A stretch of DNA of 64,000 nucleotides from Macrostomum lignano (GCA_002269645.1 NIVC01001857.1:62001-126000), one strand, 5' to 3'; counted from the first letter of the stretch, positions 45,716 to 61,165 are shown. The notes: generated by a model not told the origin, from the letters alone. A program made the numbers and translations.

Positions 45716-46359
45716 AGCCTTCTCTCCTTCGCTCCCCTGCTCTATTTTCTCTCTTCCCACTCTTGTCTCACGATGGAATTTCTTGTCTCCTCCCATATTT
45801 AAAGCTATTCTAATTTTTCATCTCTAAATTTCCTCCCCGATCCGAGGGTACCGCAGTGACCCAGTTTCTGTCCTTCATCTTTCATCGCCAATTGAATGCC
45901 GACTATTCAGCACAAGCAAAATAGAGAAGCAAACAAAAGCCAAGCAAAAATACCCATGCCGCCACTCAGGAAGTTGAAGTCTGTCAGGTCATTGTTTTCT
46001 ATTCCAAAATATACAGAACTGCTGCAGCGTGATCGGGGCTCACGCAATCTGCCCCCACCCGCTCCCCCTACCTTGGCTCACCTGTCGCCAATAGCATTCA
46101 TATCCGACATCAAGTCAGGACAATGTGAGCTGTCTGAAATTTTCGGTTTCCTGCAAAAAATTTCTCTCTGTCTTCCAGGCCGGCTTTTCCGCGTTTAGCC
46201 AATTCAGTGCGTCCCAAGTCGGAAACTGCGTCATAAATGATGAGGCTTCGCTGTTTGCAAACTGGTTTGTCGGGGTGCTTTACCTGCTTCCAACCCGTAC
46301 CATTGGTAATGTTGTTTGCGAATTATGACTGCGGATTTATTAAAGAGGTGCAGCTGCTG

Positions 46360-46945
46360 ATGGAGTTTTGTGTTGTTTTCTTGTTGTTGTTGTTGTTTTT
46401 GTTGTTGTTGTGTTATTGTTGTTGTGTTGTTGTTGTTGTGTTGTTTTTGTTGTTGTATTATTGTGTTGTTATGTTGTTGTTGCTGTTGTTATTGCTGTGG
46501 ATCCTCATCATTCCTCTCTTTCTCCAGCAGCTTTACTCTCTCCCGGAAGTCTTTCCACAGCGAGAAGCACTCCCGGGGTTGCTGGCACAGCACGCTGAGG
46601 TCTTCGATGCCTCTTTTGTTGTTGTTGTTGTTGTTTTATTGTTGTTGTTATGTTGTTGTTGTTGTTGTTGTTATTGTTGTTGGTTGTGTTGTGTTGTTGT
46701 TGTTGTTATGTTGTTGCTTTTGTTGTGTTGTTGTTTTTTGTTGTTGATGTTGCATTATTGTTATTGCTTTTTGTCGGTTTTTTGTTGTTGTTGTTTTTGT
46801 TGTGATATTGTTGTTCTTATGTTGTCGTTGTTGTTGTTGTTGTTGTGGTTTTTGTGTTACTGTTTTTTGTTGGTTTGTTGTTGTTGTTGTGTTGTGGTTT
46901 TTTATTGTTGTTGTCGTGTCATTGTTGTTGTTTTGTTGTTGTTTC
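46360..46945. repeat. degenerate (GTT)n microsatellite interrupted by a unique island at about 46497-46615
   Basis: Directly visible. Confidence 0.9.
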
Positions 46946-46995
46946 TCTGCTCTTTATCTCTCTCCCAATACTCTTCTCCTCCCTCGTCTCTTCGA

Positions 46996-47185
46996 GAGCA
47001 GAGCAGCTCAGCGGTGAGCGCGTCTGACTCTCGCGCCACGACCCCGGGTTCGATTCCGCTCGCAGCCGCATTCATTGGAGCTTGTGTGCTCGAAAATTGG
47101 CTGGTGGGCTGTCGTGCGGTGCGATCCCCCCATGAGAGCCGACCCCCAAGGTACAGAGAGTGTATATGCCTGACGATTAGAACGT
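46996..47185 (+). mobile_element. tRNA-derived SINE, family B (best-preserved copy)
   Basis: AGCTCAGCGGTGAGCGCG (A box) and GGGTTCGATTCC (B box) are followed by a non-tRNA body ending GCCTGACGATTAGA. There is no tRNA acceptor-stem end. Confidence 0.8.
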
Positions 47186-48017
47186 GTATGAGTTCTCGGT
47201 CCTCTTCTCTTCCTTCTCAACTCCGTGACTCCTGCACCTGTTCCTGAAAATGTACCAGTATAGCCAGCGGAGAAAGGAAATTCCAGGTGTCAGAGTAAAA
47301 ATTAGTAGACTAAAAGACGAGATGGATTTGCCCGGCTTGTTGGCTTGGCTGAGGCCCACCGGGCGGTTAATCGGATCGATAAAGGCCTGATTGACAGGTG
47401 CAGAGAGACTGGCTGGGGCAGTAGAGGAATAGCGAGGGCTCAGCTTGAGGACTCTTTTAGTCTCTCAGCTCTGCATGGCCGCTGCTTCTGCTGCTGCTGC
47501 TATTGCTGCTTTTGCAACAAAGCACACAGCTAAACTGCAGGACCCGCAGGCCTGTTGGCATTCAGCATTTTTACGGGGAACGGGGAGCTGGGCTTTGAAA
47601 TATTCATCCGCGAAGAGGAAACGAGAGATGAGGGGTGGGGGGAGGGGTAGGCAAGGTAGAGATGAAGCCAGGGATGCTGGGTCTGTGTGGGTGAGCATTC
47701 TGGATGAGTAGAATAATCAGGGCCTTGGATGGGGGAGGAGGCTGCAGCTGAATGGGCTGGTCTCACAGCTATTAGGCTGTGAAACCTGTCTGAAGGACCG
47801 CGAAAAAGCCGGTATTTTCCTGTTTCTCCTATCTGTACTGCAGCAGGGGTGCAGACCAGCGCTTGCATGAGACAATTCACCAAAATTATAAATCTTTTTA
47901 TAATTACATTTTTCTAGAAGTGCCACTAATCCATTGTAGAATCGTCTGCACCAAATACTTAGTGCACCAGAATTGCCCAAAAAATCGCCGCCCCTCTGAT
48001 ATTGCCTCAAGAAAATC

Positions 48018-48831
48018 ACCCTAGAGAATCGCCCTAGAGAATCGCCCTAGAGAATTGCCCTAGAGAATCGCCCTAGAGAATCGGCTCTAGAGAATCGCCC
48101 TAGAGAATCGCCCTAGAGAATTGCCCTAGAGAATCGCCTAGAGAATCGCCCTAGAGAATCGCCCTAGAGAATCAACCTAGAGAATCGCCCTAGAGAATCG
48201 CCCTAGAGAATCGCCCTAGAGAATCGGCTCTAGAGAATCGCCCTAGAGAATCGCCCAAGAGAATCGCCCTAGAGAATCGCCCTTGAGAATCGCCCTTGAG
48301 AATCGCCCTAGAGAATCGCCTAGAGAATCGCCCTAGAGAATCGCCCTAGAGAATCGCCCTAGAGAATCGCCCTAGAGAATCGCCCTAGAGAATCGCCCTA
48401 GAGAATCGCCCTTGAGAATCGCCCTTGAGAATCGCCCTAGAGAATCGCCCTAGAGAATCGCCCTAGAGAATCGCCCTTGAGAATCGCCCTAGAGAATCGC
48501 CCTAGAGAATCGCCCTAGAGAATCGCCCTAGAGAATCGCCCTAGAGAATCGCCATAGAGAATCAACCTAGAGAATCGCCCTAGAGAATCGCCTCTAGAGA
48601 ATCGCCTCTAGAGAATCGCCCTAGAGAATCGCCCTAGAGAATCGCCCTAGAGAATCGCCCTAGAGAATCGCCCTAGAGAATCGCCCTAGAGAATCGCCCT
48701 AGAGAATCGCCATAGAGAATCAACCTAGAGAATCGCCCTAGAGAATCGCCCTAGAGAATCGCCCTAGAGAATCGCCCTAGAGAATCGCCCTAGAGAATCG
48801 CCCTAGAGAATCGCCCTAGAGAATCGCCCTA
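48018..48831 (+). repeat. 13-bp minisatellite (GAGAATCGCCCTA)
   Basis: About 60 copies. A degenerate inverted relative lies at 57105-57610. Confidence 0.95.
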
Positions 48832-49411
48832 AAGGAGCAATCTATAACTTAATTCAGCAATTCAATAAGCCAAGTGCAAACGCATAATTTCAATTTACTG
48901 CAATGCAACTGCTGTTTCACTTCCCTGTAGATTCGCAAACTCACAAGCTAGATTGGAGAATAAAATACAAAAAATCATACACTTATGCTGAGGACACAAG
49001 GATGAGGAACTAGCAACAGAGTGGCCAGCTCCTCAGTTCAGCTGCGGGAAAAAATTGTTGACAAACTTGAGCTGATGAAGAGAGAGAGAGAGAGGAAAGC
49101 CAGAAAATGAGTAAAATGAGCAGTGGCTTGGCTTCCAGCTGCCGCTTAGCCCCATCAACAGGGCCGCCGCCCCTCGAAAATCGACTCAACCGAGTAGTAA
49201 GCAGAGTTTGTGCTCGGCGCGCCAACCCGCCGAACGATAAATAAATTATGCCCCATCAGGGCAATTTCGTTCAAGTCTCCCAGCCTGCCCACTATATGAC
49301 CAGTCAGTGCAATTCTGCTTATCTGCGAGGGTTGCAGAAACATCAAGGAGACCCACAGAGCCAAAACCTGGACTGACAAATTCCAACTCTAAATTTCTGA
49401 CTGACTTCAAG

Positions 49412-51752
49412 CTGGCGCCCCTTGGTGCTGGCGCCCCTTGGTGCTGGCGCCCCTTGGTGCTGGCGCCCCTTGGTGCTGGCGCCCCTTGGTGCTGGCGCCC
49501 CTTGGTGCTGGCGCCCCTTGGTGCTGGCGCCCCTTGGTGCTGGCGCCCCTTGGTGCTGGCGCCCCTTGGTGCTGGCGCCCCTTGGTGCTGGCGCCCCTTG
49601 GTGCTGGCGCCCCTTGGTGCTGGCGCCCCTTGGTGCTGGCGCCCCTTGGTGCTGGCGCCCCTTGGTGCTGGCGCCCCTTGGTGCTGGCGCCCCTTGGTGC
49701 TGGCGCCCCTTGGTGCTGGCGCCCCTTGGTGCTGGCGCCCCTTGGTGCTGGCGCCCCTTGGTGCTGGCGCCCCTTGGTGCTGGCGCCCCTTGGTGCTGGC
49801 GCCCCTTGGTGCTGGCGCCCCTTGGTGCTGGCGCCCCTTGGTGCTGGCGCCCCTTGGTGCTGGCGCCCCTTGGTGCTGGCGCCCCTTGGTGCTGGCGCCC
49901 CTTGGTGCTGGCGCCCCTTGGTGCTGGCGCCCCTTGGTGCTGGCGCCCCTTGGTGCTGGCGCCCCTTGGTGCTGGCGCCCCTTGGTGCTGGCGCCCCTTG
50001 GTGCTGGCGCCCCTTGGTGCTGGCGCCCCTTGGTGCTGGCGCCCCTTGGTGCTGGCGCCCCTTGGTGCTGGCGCCCCTTGGTGCTGGCGCCCCTTGGTGC
50101 TGGCGCCCCTTGGTGCTGGCGCCCCTTGGTGCTGGCGCCCCTTGGTGCTGGCGCCCCTTGGTGCTGGCGCCCCTTGGTGCTGGCGCCCCTTGGTGCTGGC
50201 GCCCCTTGGTGCTGGCGCCCCTTGGTGCTGGCGCCCCTTGATGCTAAAGCCCCTTGGTGCTGGCGCCCCTTGGTGCTGGCGCCCCTTGGTGCTGGCGCCC
50301 CTTGGTGCTGGCGCCCCTTGGTGCTAAAGCCCCTTGGTGCTAAAGCCCCTTGGTGCTAAAGCCCCTTGGTGCTGGCGCCCCTTGGTGCTGGCGCCCCTTG
50401 GTGCTAAAGCCCCTTGGTGCTGGCGCCCCTTGGTGCTAAAGCCCCTTGGTGCTGGCGCCCCTTGGTGCTAAAGCCCCTTGGTGCTAAAGCCCCTTGGTGC
50501 TAAAGCCCCTTGGTGCTAAAGCCCCTTGGTGCTAAAGCCCCTTGGTGCTAAAGCCCCTTGGTGCTGCCCCTTGGTGCTGGCGCCCCTTGGTGCTAAAGCC
50601 CCTTGGTGCTGGCGCCCCTTGGTGCTAAAGCCCCTTGGTGCTGGCGCCCCTTGGTGCTAAAGCCCCTTGGTGCTAAAGCCCCTTGGTGCTAAAGCCCCTT
50701 GGTGCTAAAGCCCCTTGGTGCTGGCGCCCCTTGGTGCTGGCGCCCCTTGGTGCTAAAGCCCCTTGGTGCTGGCGCCCCTTGGTGCTAAAGCCCCTTGGTG
50801 CTAAAGCCCCTTGGTGCTAAAGCCCCTTGGTGCTAAAGCCCCTTGGTGCTAAAGCCCCTTGGTGCTAAAGCCCCTTGGTGCTAAAGCCCCTTGGTGCTAA
50901 AGCCCCTTGGTGCTAAAGCCCCTTGGTGCTAAAGCCCCTTGGTGCTAAAGCCCCTTGGTGCTAAAGCCCCTTGGTGCTAAAGCCCCTTGGTGCTAAAGCC
51001 CCTTGGTGCTAAAGCCCCTTGGTGCTAAAGCCCCTTGGTGCTAAAGCCCCTTGGTGCTAAAGCCCCTTGGTGCTAAAGCCCCTTGGTGCTAAAGCCCCTT
51101 GGTGCTAAAGCCCCTTGGTGCTAAAGCCCCTTGGTGCTAAAGCCCCTTGGTGCTAAAGCCCCTTGGTGCTAAAGCCCCTTGGTGCTAAAGCCCCTTGGTG
51201 CTAAAGCCCCTTGGTGCTAAAGCCCCTTGGTGCTAAAGCCCCTTGGTGCTAAAGCCCCTTGGTGCTAAAGCCCCTTGGTGCTAAAGCCCCTTGGTGCTAA
51301 AGCCCCTTGGTGCTAAAGCCCCTTGGTGCTAAAGCCCCTTGGTGCTAAAGCCCCTTGGTGCTAAAGCCCCTTGGTGCTAAAGCCCCTTGGTGCTAAAGCC
51401 CCTTGGTGCTAAAGCCCCTTGGTGCTAAAGCCCCTTGGTGCTAAAGCCCCTTGGTGCTAAAGCCCCTTGGTGCTAAAGCCCCTTGGTGCTAAAGCCCCTT
51501 GGTGCTAAAGCCCCTTGGTGCTAAAGCCCCTTGGTGCTAAAGCCCCTTGGTGCTAAAGCCCCTTGGTGCTAAAGCCCCTTGGTGCTAAAGCCCCTTGGTG
51601 CTAAAGCCCCTTGGTGCTAAAGCCCCTTGGTGCTAAAGCCCCTTGGTGCTAAAGCCCCTTGGTGCTAAAGCCCCTTGGTGCTAAAGCCCCTTGGTGCTAA
51701 AGCCCCTTGGTGCTAAAGCCCCTTGGTGCTAAAGCCCCTTGGTGCTGGCGCC
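49412..51752 (-). repeat. 16-bp minisatellite (CCCCTTGGTGCTGGCG grading to CCCCTTGGTGCTAAAG), about 146 copies
   Basis: Reverse complement of the family at 21725-23135. Confidence 0.97.
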
Positions 51753-52734
51753 GGCTAAAAATCCTGGGTCATAACCGAGTCTAGTTTTAAAGTTTGTCTT
51801 TCAAGTTTTCAGAGTCTCAATCAAGAAAAACATACAGACATAAAATGTTCATTCCTTGACAGTAAAACTTATTGTTTCCCCAAAGAAGGAGCCTGTCGAG
51901 TAATGATTTTTTGATTCGCATCAGAAAATGCGACAAATGAGGAATAGTTCACTGTTCCAGATCCTGCTTCCAGGGTCTCCCTGGATGAGTCGAATAACCG
52001 CTGTTCCCGCCTAACACACACACACACTAGCTTGGCCAGCGCCTTGGGGATTCGACCTCTGGACTGCATGGAAGCAATTCAATGTAGCGAGGTGGAGAAT
52101 TGGACATTTTCATTTTCTCCCTTCACAGTCAGTATCCAATCCCCTTTTTCTTCCTATAGATTTTTATTATCCCTCGAGTCGTGAAATTCGCTGTTCAGGA
52201 AGCCATAATTAGCATGTTACACGAGTTGTTCCTTTAATGTTCGCAGAAAGTCATTATTTTCTCAGCCCCTCACCGTCTAATGGTCCAACTCATACCATAC
52301 TGAAAGGTACTTAGCGGCCAGGGAGATAAGCTCGGCTTGGCCCAGGGTTAGTTTTATTTTCCTTGCATAATTAATGATTAACAGACTCTGTTGGCCAGTG
52401 TCTGGCCTGTGTGTGTGTGTGTGTGGGCACTGGGATCGGTGATAAGACTTAACTCAACCACGAGCTGTCGCAAATGCTGAGCCACTCTGTTCTGTCTTTT
52501 TTAATCTCTCCATTGACCGCACATTGCTGTTCGCTTCTTTACAGCAATGCACTGCCCCCTGTCTGCGCCTCTGCTGTCGCTTATCTCCGGGCCTGCTTGC
52601 CTGTTCTGGGCTGGATAGAGGGCGGTGGGGTGCATGCAGATATGTAGTGCTTAATAGTGACAGATAGTTCACTTGGTAACTCATGAACTCAATTGACGAA
52701 AGCAGCTCACTCTTGAGCTCATTGACTCGGTGAT

Positions 52735-53660
52735 TAACTCCTGAAATCACTCCTGAACTCCTGAAATCACTTCTTAACTCATGAAATCACACCTGAACTC
52801 ATGAAATCACACCTGAACTCATGAAATCACACCTGAACTCATGAAATCACACCTGAACTCATGAAATCACACCTGAACTCATGAAATCACACCTGAACTC
52901 ATGAACTCACACCTGAACTCATGAACTCACACCTGAACTCATGAAATCACTTCTGAACTCATGAAATCACTCTTGAACTCATGAAATCACTTCTGAACTC
53001 ATGAAATCACTTCTGAACTCCTGAAATCACTTCTGAACTCATAAAATAACACCTGAACTCCTGAAATCACTCCTAAACTCCTGAAACACTCCTAAACTCC
53101 TGAAATCACTCCTAAACTCCTGAAATCACTCCTGAACTCCTGAAATCACTCCTGAACTCCTGAAATCACTCCTGAACTCCTGAAATCACTCCTAAACTCC
53201 TGAAACACTCCTGAACTCCTGAAATTACTCCTAAACTCCTGAAATCACTCCTAAACTCCTGAAATCACTCCTGAACTCCTGAAATCACTCCTAAACTCCT
53301 GAAATCACTCCTAAACTCCTGAAATCACTCCTGAACTCCTGAAATCACTCCTAAACTCCTGAAATCACTTCTGAACTCCTGAAATCACTCCTGAACTCCT
53401 GAAATCACTCCTAAACTCCTGAAATCACTCCTGAACTCCTGAAATCACTTCTGAACTTACTAATCAACTCGTGATTTCGCTCGTGATCTTAACTCACTCA
53501 TGAACTCAATTTTGAACTCATGAACTCATTCATGAACTCACCCATAAACTCACTCTTAAACTCACACGTAAAGTCACTCATGAAGTCACTCATGAAGTCA
53601 CTCATAAACTCACTCATAAACTCACTCTTAAACTCACACGTAAACTCACTCATGAAGTCA
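52735..53660. repeat. 20-bp minisatellite (CTGAACTC[A/C]TGAAATCAC..)
   Basis: Directly visible, with a degenerate 3' extension. Confidence 0.9.
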
Positions 53661-54254
53661 CTCGAGAACTCGCTTATAAACGCATTCGTGATCTCAGGGA
53701 CAAAGCTCATGAACTCATTGACTAGATAATTTGTCAGTAGTCACTAGTTAGTCTTCCATGTAAAAGAATAGAAGCTGTTTACCAAGTTACCAAATAAATT
53801 AGATAAACAAAGCTAATGACCTGTCAGTTGATTACATTTCAGAGGGCCAAGTTCTAAACTTCAGTTTTATATTAGCAAATAGCCAGTCACATCAGGCTGT
53901 CAGATCTAATTAAAAATCTTTTTGAAGTTCACCGCCAAATTTACAGAATTTCTGTTTCATTTCGCTGCAAACCCCAACACATTCATTCGAGTTTGTGTAC
54001 AGTGCAAGGCAGTCAGTGTTGTAGCGTTCCCGTTATTGGTGACCAAATGTCAATGCAGTATCGAAATCAAAATATTTTATACTAAAACAACTTCCTTTGC
54101 ACATAGATGGCAAGGCATCTTTGTTTTAAAAAAAACATGTAGCAATTATTCCCTTCATAATCATAACACCTCAAATTCTTTCTGCAAGCTTTTCGAACAT
54201 TCCATATTGTGTTTACAAATATTAGAATTAGACTTAGAGATATTGTTACTCGTA

Positions 54255-55560
54255 ATCTATCTACCTACTTTTCTACAATCTATCTACCTACTTTTCTACT
54301 ATCTATCTACCTACTTTTCTACAATCTATCTACCTACTTTTCTACAATCTATCTACCTACTTTTCTACAATCTATCTACCTACTTCTCTACAATCTATCT
54401 ACCTACTTTTCTACAATCTATCTACCTACTTCTCTACAATCTATCTACCTACTTATCTGCAATCTATCTAACTACTTCTCTTCAATCTATCTACCTACTT
54501 CTACCTGCAGCTGACTACTTATCTACAATCTATCTGACTAATTAACTACAATCTATCTACCTACTTTGCTACAATTTAACTACCTACTTCTCTACAATTT
54601 AACTACCTACTTCTCTGAAATCTAACTACCTACTTCTCTACAAGCTAACTGCCTACTTCTCTACAATCTATCTGACTACTTATCTACAATCTAACTGCCT
54701 ACTTCTCTACAATCTAACTGGCTACTTCTCTACAATCTAACTGACTACTTATCTACAATCTATCTGACTACTTATCTACAATCTATCTGACTACTTATCT
54801 ACAATCTATCTGACTACTTATCTACAATCTATCTGACTACTTAACTACGATCTATCTACCTATTTCGCTACAATTTAACTACCTACTTCTCTACAATCTA
54901 TGTACCTACTTTTTTACATTCTATCTACCCATTTGTCTACAATCTATCTACCTCCTTTTCTACAATCTATCTACCTACTTATCTGCAATCTATTGAACTA
55001 CTTCTCTTCAATCTAACTACCTACTTCTCTGCACTCTATCTAGCTACTTCTCTACAATCGATCAACTTATTTCTCTACAATCTATCTACCTACTTCTCTA
55101 CAATCTATCTGACTACTTATCTACAATCTATCTGACTACTTAACTACAATCTATCTACCTACTTCACTACAATTTAACTACCTACTTCTCTACAATCTAT
55201 CTACCCATTTGTCTACAATCTATCTCCCTACTTCTCTACAATCTATCTACCTACTTCTCTACAATCTAACCAATCTACCTACTTCTTTACAATCTATCTA
55301 CCTAATTCTCTACAATCTAACCAATCTACCTACTTCTCTACAATCCATCTACCTAATTCTCTACAATCTAACCAATCTACCTACTTCTTTACAATCTATC
55401 TACCTAATTCTCTACAATCTAACCAATCTACCTACTTCTCTACAATCCATCTACCTAATTCTCTACAATCTAACCAATCTACCTACTTCTTTACAATCTA
55501 TCTACCTAATTCTCTACAATCTAACCAATCTACCTACTTCTCTAAAATCTATCTACCTAC
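54255..55560. repeat. 23-bp minisatellite (ACAATCTATCTACCTACTTYTCT), becoming a 51-bp composite near 55240-55550
   Basis: Directly visible. Confidence 0.9.
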
Positions 55561-56469
55561 TCCCCCCAATCCTATGCATGTGCAGTAGCAAATTCAAGCT
55601 GCAACAGTCAACACACTGATGCTTCACAGCATTAGTTTATCAATCTACTATTACACTTGGCGTTGCATAAACAACAGTTTCGATACAAGTTAACACAGCC
55701 CCCTCTAAAACCCCTTAGCTCGTATCCGCTGTGTTTGTTTGCTCTTTTACACCGTTTTATCGGCGCCTTTTTCGGCATGGCGGCGACTGAACTTCAACAA
55801 ATCGGTCTGGCTGGATTGTTGTTTTCGTAAGTAAATGCTTTTCTTTCCTAAAAAAGAGTCTTAAAAACGGGTTTTACTCTCGCACTAAGTCGACCCCTGT
55901 TTTTCCTTTACTTGACTGGCCAATAGGACTGGCTGGCTGGCTCTGCTTGGTCTTGAGCGATTCTATAGGCTACTGGGCTGGGGGATTGGTGGTTGAGGAG
56001 GGGTGGGTGTCTGGGGGGGGGGTTGATGCTTTTAAAATCAGCTTCAAGATCCCCAACTCCACAGACCGCTATAGATAAAAGTCAAGAGAGACCGGAACAA
56101 GCACTGGGGCTTTAGTTGGCAGGTTGTTGTCCTCTCAGTGTTTTCGTAATTAGTCAATTGAGCGAAACAAACAATGTTGACGTCATTGACCAGTTAAGGC
56201 CGAGTAATTAACAGACAAACAGCTTGTTTTGGTAAGTTATTATTGATATGTGCATATAATATATTTAATTATCTTATTTTCTTGGAAAGTCTGGAATAGA
56301 AAATGCTTGAAATTCTCTGCTACACGTGTCAGTCAAATGTGGGTTTTTCGATTGATTCCTATTATAAAAAGTCAATATTTCTTGCTACTGATTGAGTTCC
56401 CAAATCTTTAAGAAGGGGGCTCTTCAACTAATCCAGAGTCGCTAAATCCTAAGTCCTATTCAATAAACT

Positions 56470-56760
56470 CTCTTCAGAGAAGGGGAGTTAGGAAATCTAA
56501 AAAAATGGACTTTTAGAAGTCTTCTCAGTCAAACGTGTCAATCATTCGCCACTTCATTCGCCTCAGATTCCAATTACTGAGAGTCAAATGTTTAAATATT
56601 GGTATACTTAGAAGGCTTAAATGTGACTTAAAAGTTACAAGTTAGCCGTTTCTATTCTCTATAAGTAAAATGACATATGATGCCTGTATCTGTCTGTCTA
56701 GCTTTCAAAAAGCATTTCCATAGTGCACATCATAATTTATTGTAAGGCCCACCCACCAAG
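56470..56760 (+). mobile_element. possible decayed LINE reverse-transcriptase relic
   Basis: Frameshifted fragments IPITESQMFK and F-Q-K-A-F...S-A-H-H-N-L-L echo the RT motifs RPISLTSxxxK and DFxKAFDSVxH. Confidence 0.3.
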
Positions 56761-57104
56761 CAGAACTAAGGGATAATATAAGACATATGCTAGGTATGGA
56801 TCGAGCCGTTCTGACAGCGCTGCAGGGGGTTATAAAATCTCAATCTGCATAACATGAGGAAACTGGGAAACGATGGAGACTGTAAAGGGGGAGTTGAATT
56901 GAATATCGGGAAGCAATAAAAAGCATGGATACTATTAGACTCGAAGCGAGGCCCACAGCTCGTAAATTGAAAGATAGCTGCTTGGCGGAGAGAGAATGTT
57001 GCGTTTGACTTTGAAGCTGTTGCAACCATTCGATTATTAACCTACATTGACGCAAGGCTAACACTGACAAGATAGAAAGATTCTGTTTTTATCTAGCATA
57101 GTGA

Positions 57105-57610
57105 TATAGGGCGATTCTTTTAAGGTGAATCTCTATAGGGCGATTCTTTTGGGGCGATTCTCAAGAGCGATTCTATAGGGGCGATTCTTTAGAGCGATTC
57201 TCTATGGGCGATTCTTTTAGGGCTAATCTCTAGGGGCGATTCTTTTAGGGCTAATCTCTAGGGGCGATTCTTTTGGGGCTAATCTCTAGGGGCGATTCTC
57301 TAGGAGCAATTCTCTAGAGCGATTCTTTACAGCGATTCTCTATTGGCGATTCTCTTGGGGCGATGATTCTTTTGATGCGATTCTCTAGAGCGATTCTATA
57401 TGAACAATTCTCTAGGGCAATTCTCTAGGGGCGATTCTCTCGAGGCGATTCTCTAGAACGATTCTCTAGGGCGATTCTTTTAAGGCGATTCTTTTGGGGC
57501 GTATCTCTAGGGGCCAATATCTTTGAGTAGATCTCTAAGCGCGATTCTTTAGTTCGATTTTCTAGGGCGATTCTGTAAGTCTAGGGTGATTCTCTTGGAA
57601 CGATTCTCTA
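57105..57610 (-). repeat. degenerate 13-bp minisatellite (TAGGGCGATTCTC), inverted relative of 48018-48831
   Basis: GGCGATTCT core repeated about 30 times. Confidence 0.8.
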
Positions 57611-58069
57611 ATCTCGAACGAAGACAGAGCAGCTACTCCGGAAGTCCAGAGACTTTGGGCTGGGCTTGTGTTCCATTTTCAACTTGCCAATTGGTCATTT
57701 CCGCTGGGCAATTCGGGTATTGCACCTTGAGCTCAACTACTTTTCTATTCAATTTTCTCACCAGCAGAGAGAGCCACAGAAACTAAAGGTCTATCCAGTT
57801 TAATATAATACTCGTATTAGCATTTTTAGGAACCCTGACTTCCCGTTGAGAGAAACTTAAAACACTACAGCATACAGGAATAGAAGAGAATTGGTGTTGC
57901 TACCCAAGTACCGGAATTTAATTTCGACTTCAAATGAAAGGGCCGCGGCTTAAGGTGACTTTGTAGGTGATTGCGCTGTGTTGCGTGCATAATTAATTCG
58001 ATTATGCAGAGTTAAAAGTACAACTTGTACCCAAAATCCTGTAGAAACTTATTTTATTTATTGCATTAG

Positions 58070-59869
<1,800 letters not shown>

Positions 59870-60829
59870 CTAGCAAGCTAGGCTTCTGAGTCCAATCGGC
59901 AGCCGGAGAATCCCCAGCACTGCTCATGCCAGGCGAATTTCTCCTATTCAAAGCTGGCTCGGCATTAGCAAATGAGGCCGAGACCGAGGGGGGGGGGGGC
60001 TATACAAAGGGAGTTCACCTTGAGGCCGAAATCCCACGCTATTCGAATCCACACGATAGTCGCGCCGTAAAATTCCCGTTCTATTTCTCATCCCCATATA
60101 GTTCCCATCTGCGCCCCGCCCCACCCCCCACCTGCGCATCCCCACAGAAGAAAATCCCAAACAGATCCCATGCATGCCACGGCTGATCACCGTGAAATCC
60201 CAATTTTCATCGCCAAGCGGACAGATAAGGCGGCCGAGCATCTGGTTTGGCTATATGGGATCAGATCCCCTTACCTATAGCTACAGATCCTACTTTTCTA
60301 CCCCCTTTTTCGGCTTTGCTTGACCCTGCCCCAAGTATACAATTTGAACTCAGCTGGTTTGTGCAGGGCTCTGATGGCTTTTAGATACAGACTGTGCATT
60401 CTTACACTATCGAAGTCGGAACCGAGATCCCAAACACGCAGACGCTGTCCCCCCAATGTCGTAAATTTTGATAATAAATTTTCTATTTTACGACCCCCGC
60501 TGCACTGCCACTGCACTGAGAGGACCTGTTTTCCTGTGTTGTGTTTCATAATCATATTGAGGATTAGAGTGGCTGGATTTTACATTTATATATATGGATA
60601 TTAGGAGTCAGCTAGCAGCTTAAATTCTGAATTGCTCCACTTGATATTGATAAGAGCATTGTGTATACATTTTTCTGTATATAAAAGAGGATATGCTATT
60701 CTGTTTGAATTTTGAATCGATGGGTTAGTTGATCCAGCATTCCGGAATTTTTCATTCTTTTTTTAGTTTTCTTTAGTCCATCATTACTCGGCCTCTCCTG
60801 ACTTTTTTCTGGGGAGGTCAACTGACTCC

Positions 60830-61075
60830 CTAAGCGACCACCTTAGGGAGCCCCCTAAGCGCTAGCTGACAATCTGCTAAGCACCCGACGGAGCCCCCTT
60901 AAGCGCTAACTGGCATTGTGCTAAGCGCTCGACGGAGCCCCCTAAGCGCTAGCTGACAATCTGCTAAGCACCCGACGGAGCCCTCTAAACGCTAACTGGC
61001 AATCTGCTAAGCACCCAATGGAGCCCCCTAAGCGCTAACTGGCACCATGTGCTTACAATGGCACCCACTAAGCGC
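60830..61075. repeat. 43-44-bp tandem repeat (GGAGCCCCCTAAGCGCTA...), about 5 copies
   Basis: The core recurs at 60847, 60891, 60935, 60978 and 61021, just upstream of the LRR gene. Confidence 0.85.
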
Positions 61076-61165
61076 CCACAAAGAATGCTACGCAATCAGA
61101 ATTGGATTGACTGTAATGCACATCCAACCATTTAATCCTACACAGGATTCAACTCGCTCTCAGCC

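Noticed and set aside
41526-45827. Three overlapping ORFs of about 1400 aa, rich in P/S/H/L
   Set aside because: They are translations of a 20/21-bp stop-free minisatellite, open in all three frames, with no domain content.
46996-47070. tRNA gene candidates (also 7890-7960)
   Set aside because: A and B boxes are present, but there is no closing acceptor stem, and each continues into a dispersed shared body, so these are SINE heads.
47177-47698. Minus-strand frame interrupted by a single TGA (possible readthrough or selenocysteine)
   Set aside because: There is no recognisable domain or SECIS, the sequence is low-complexity Ala-rich, and it ends in a SINE. It is consistent with chance.
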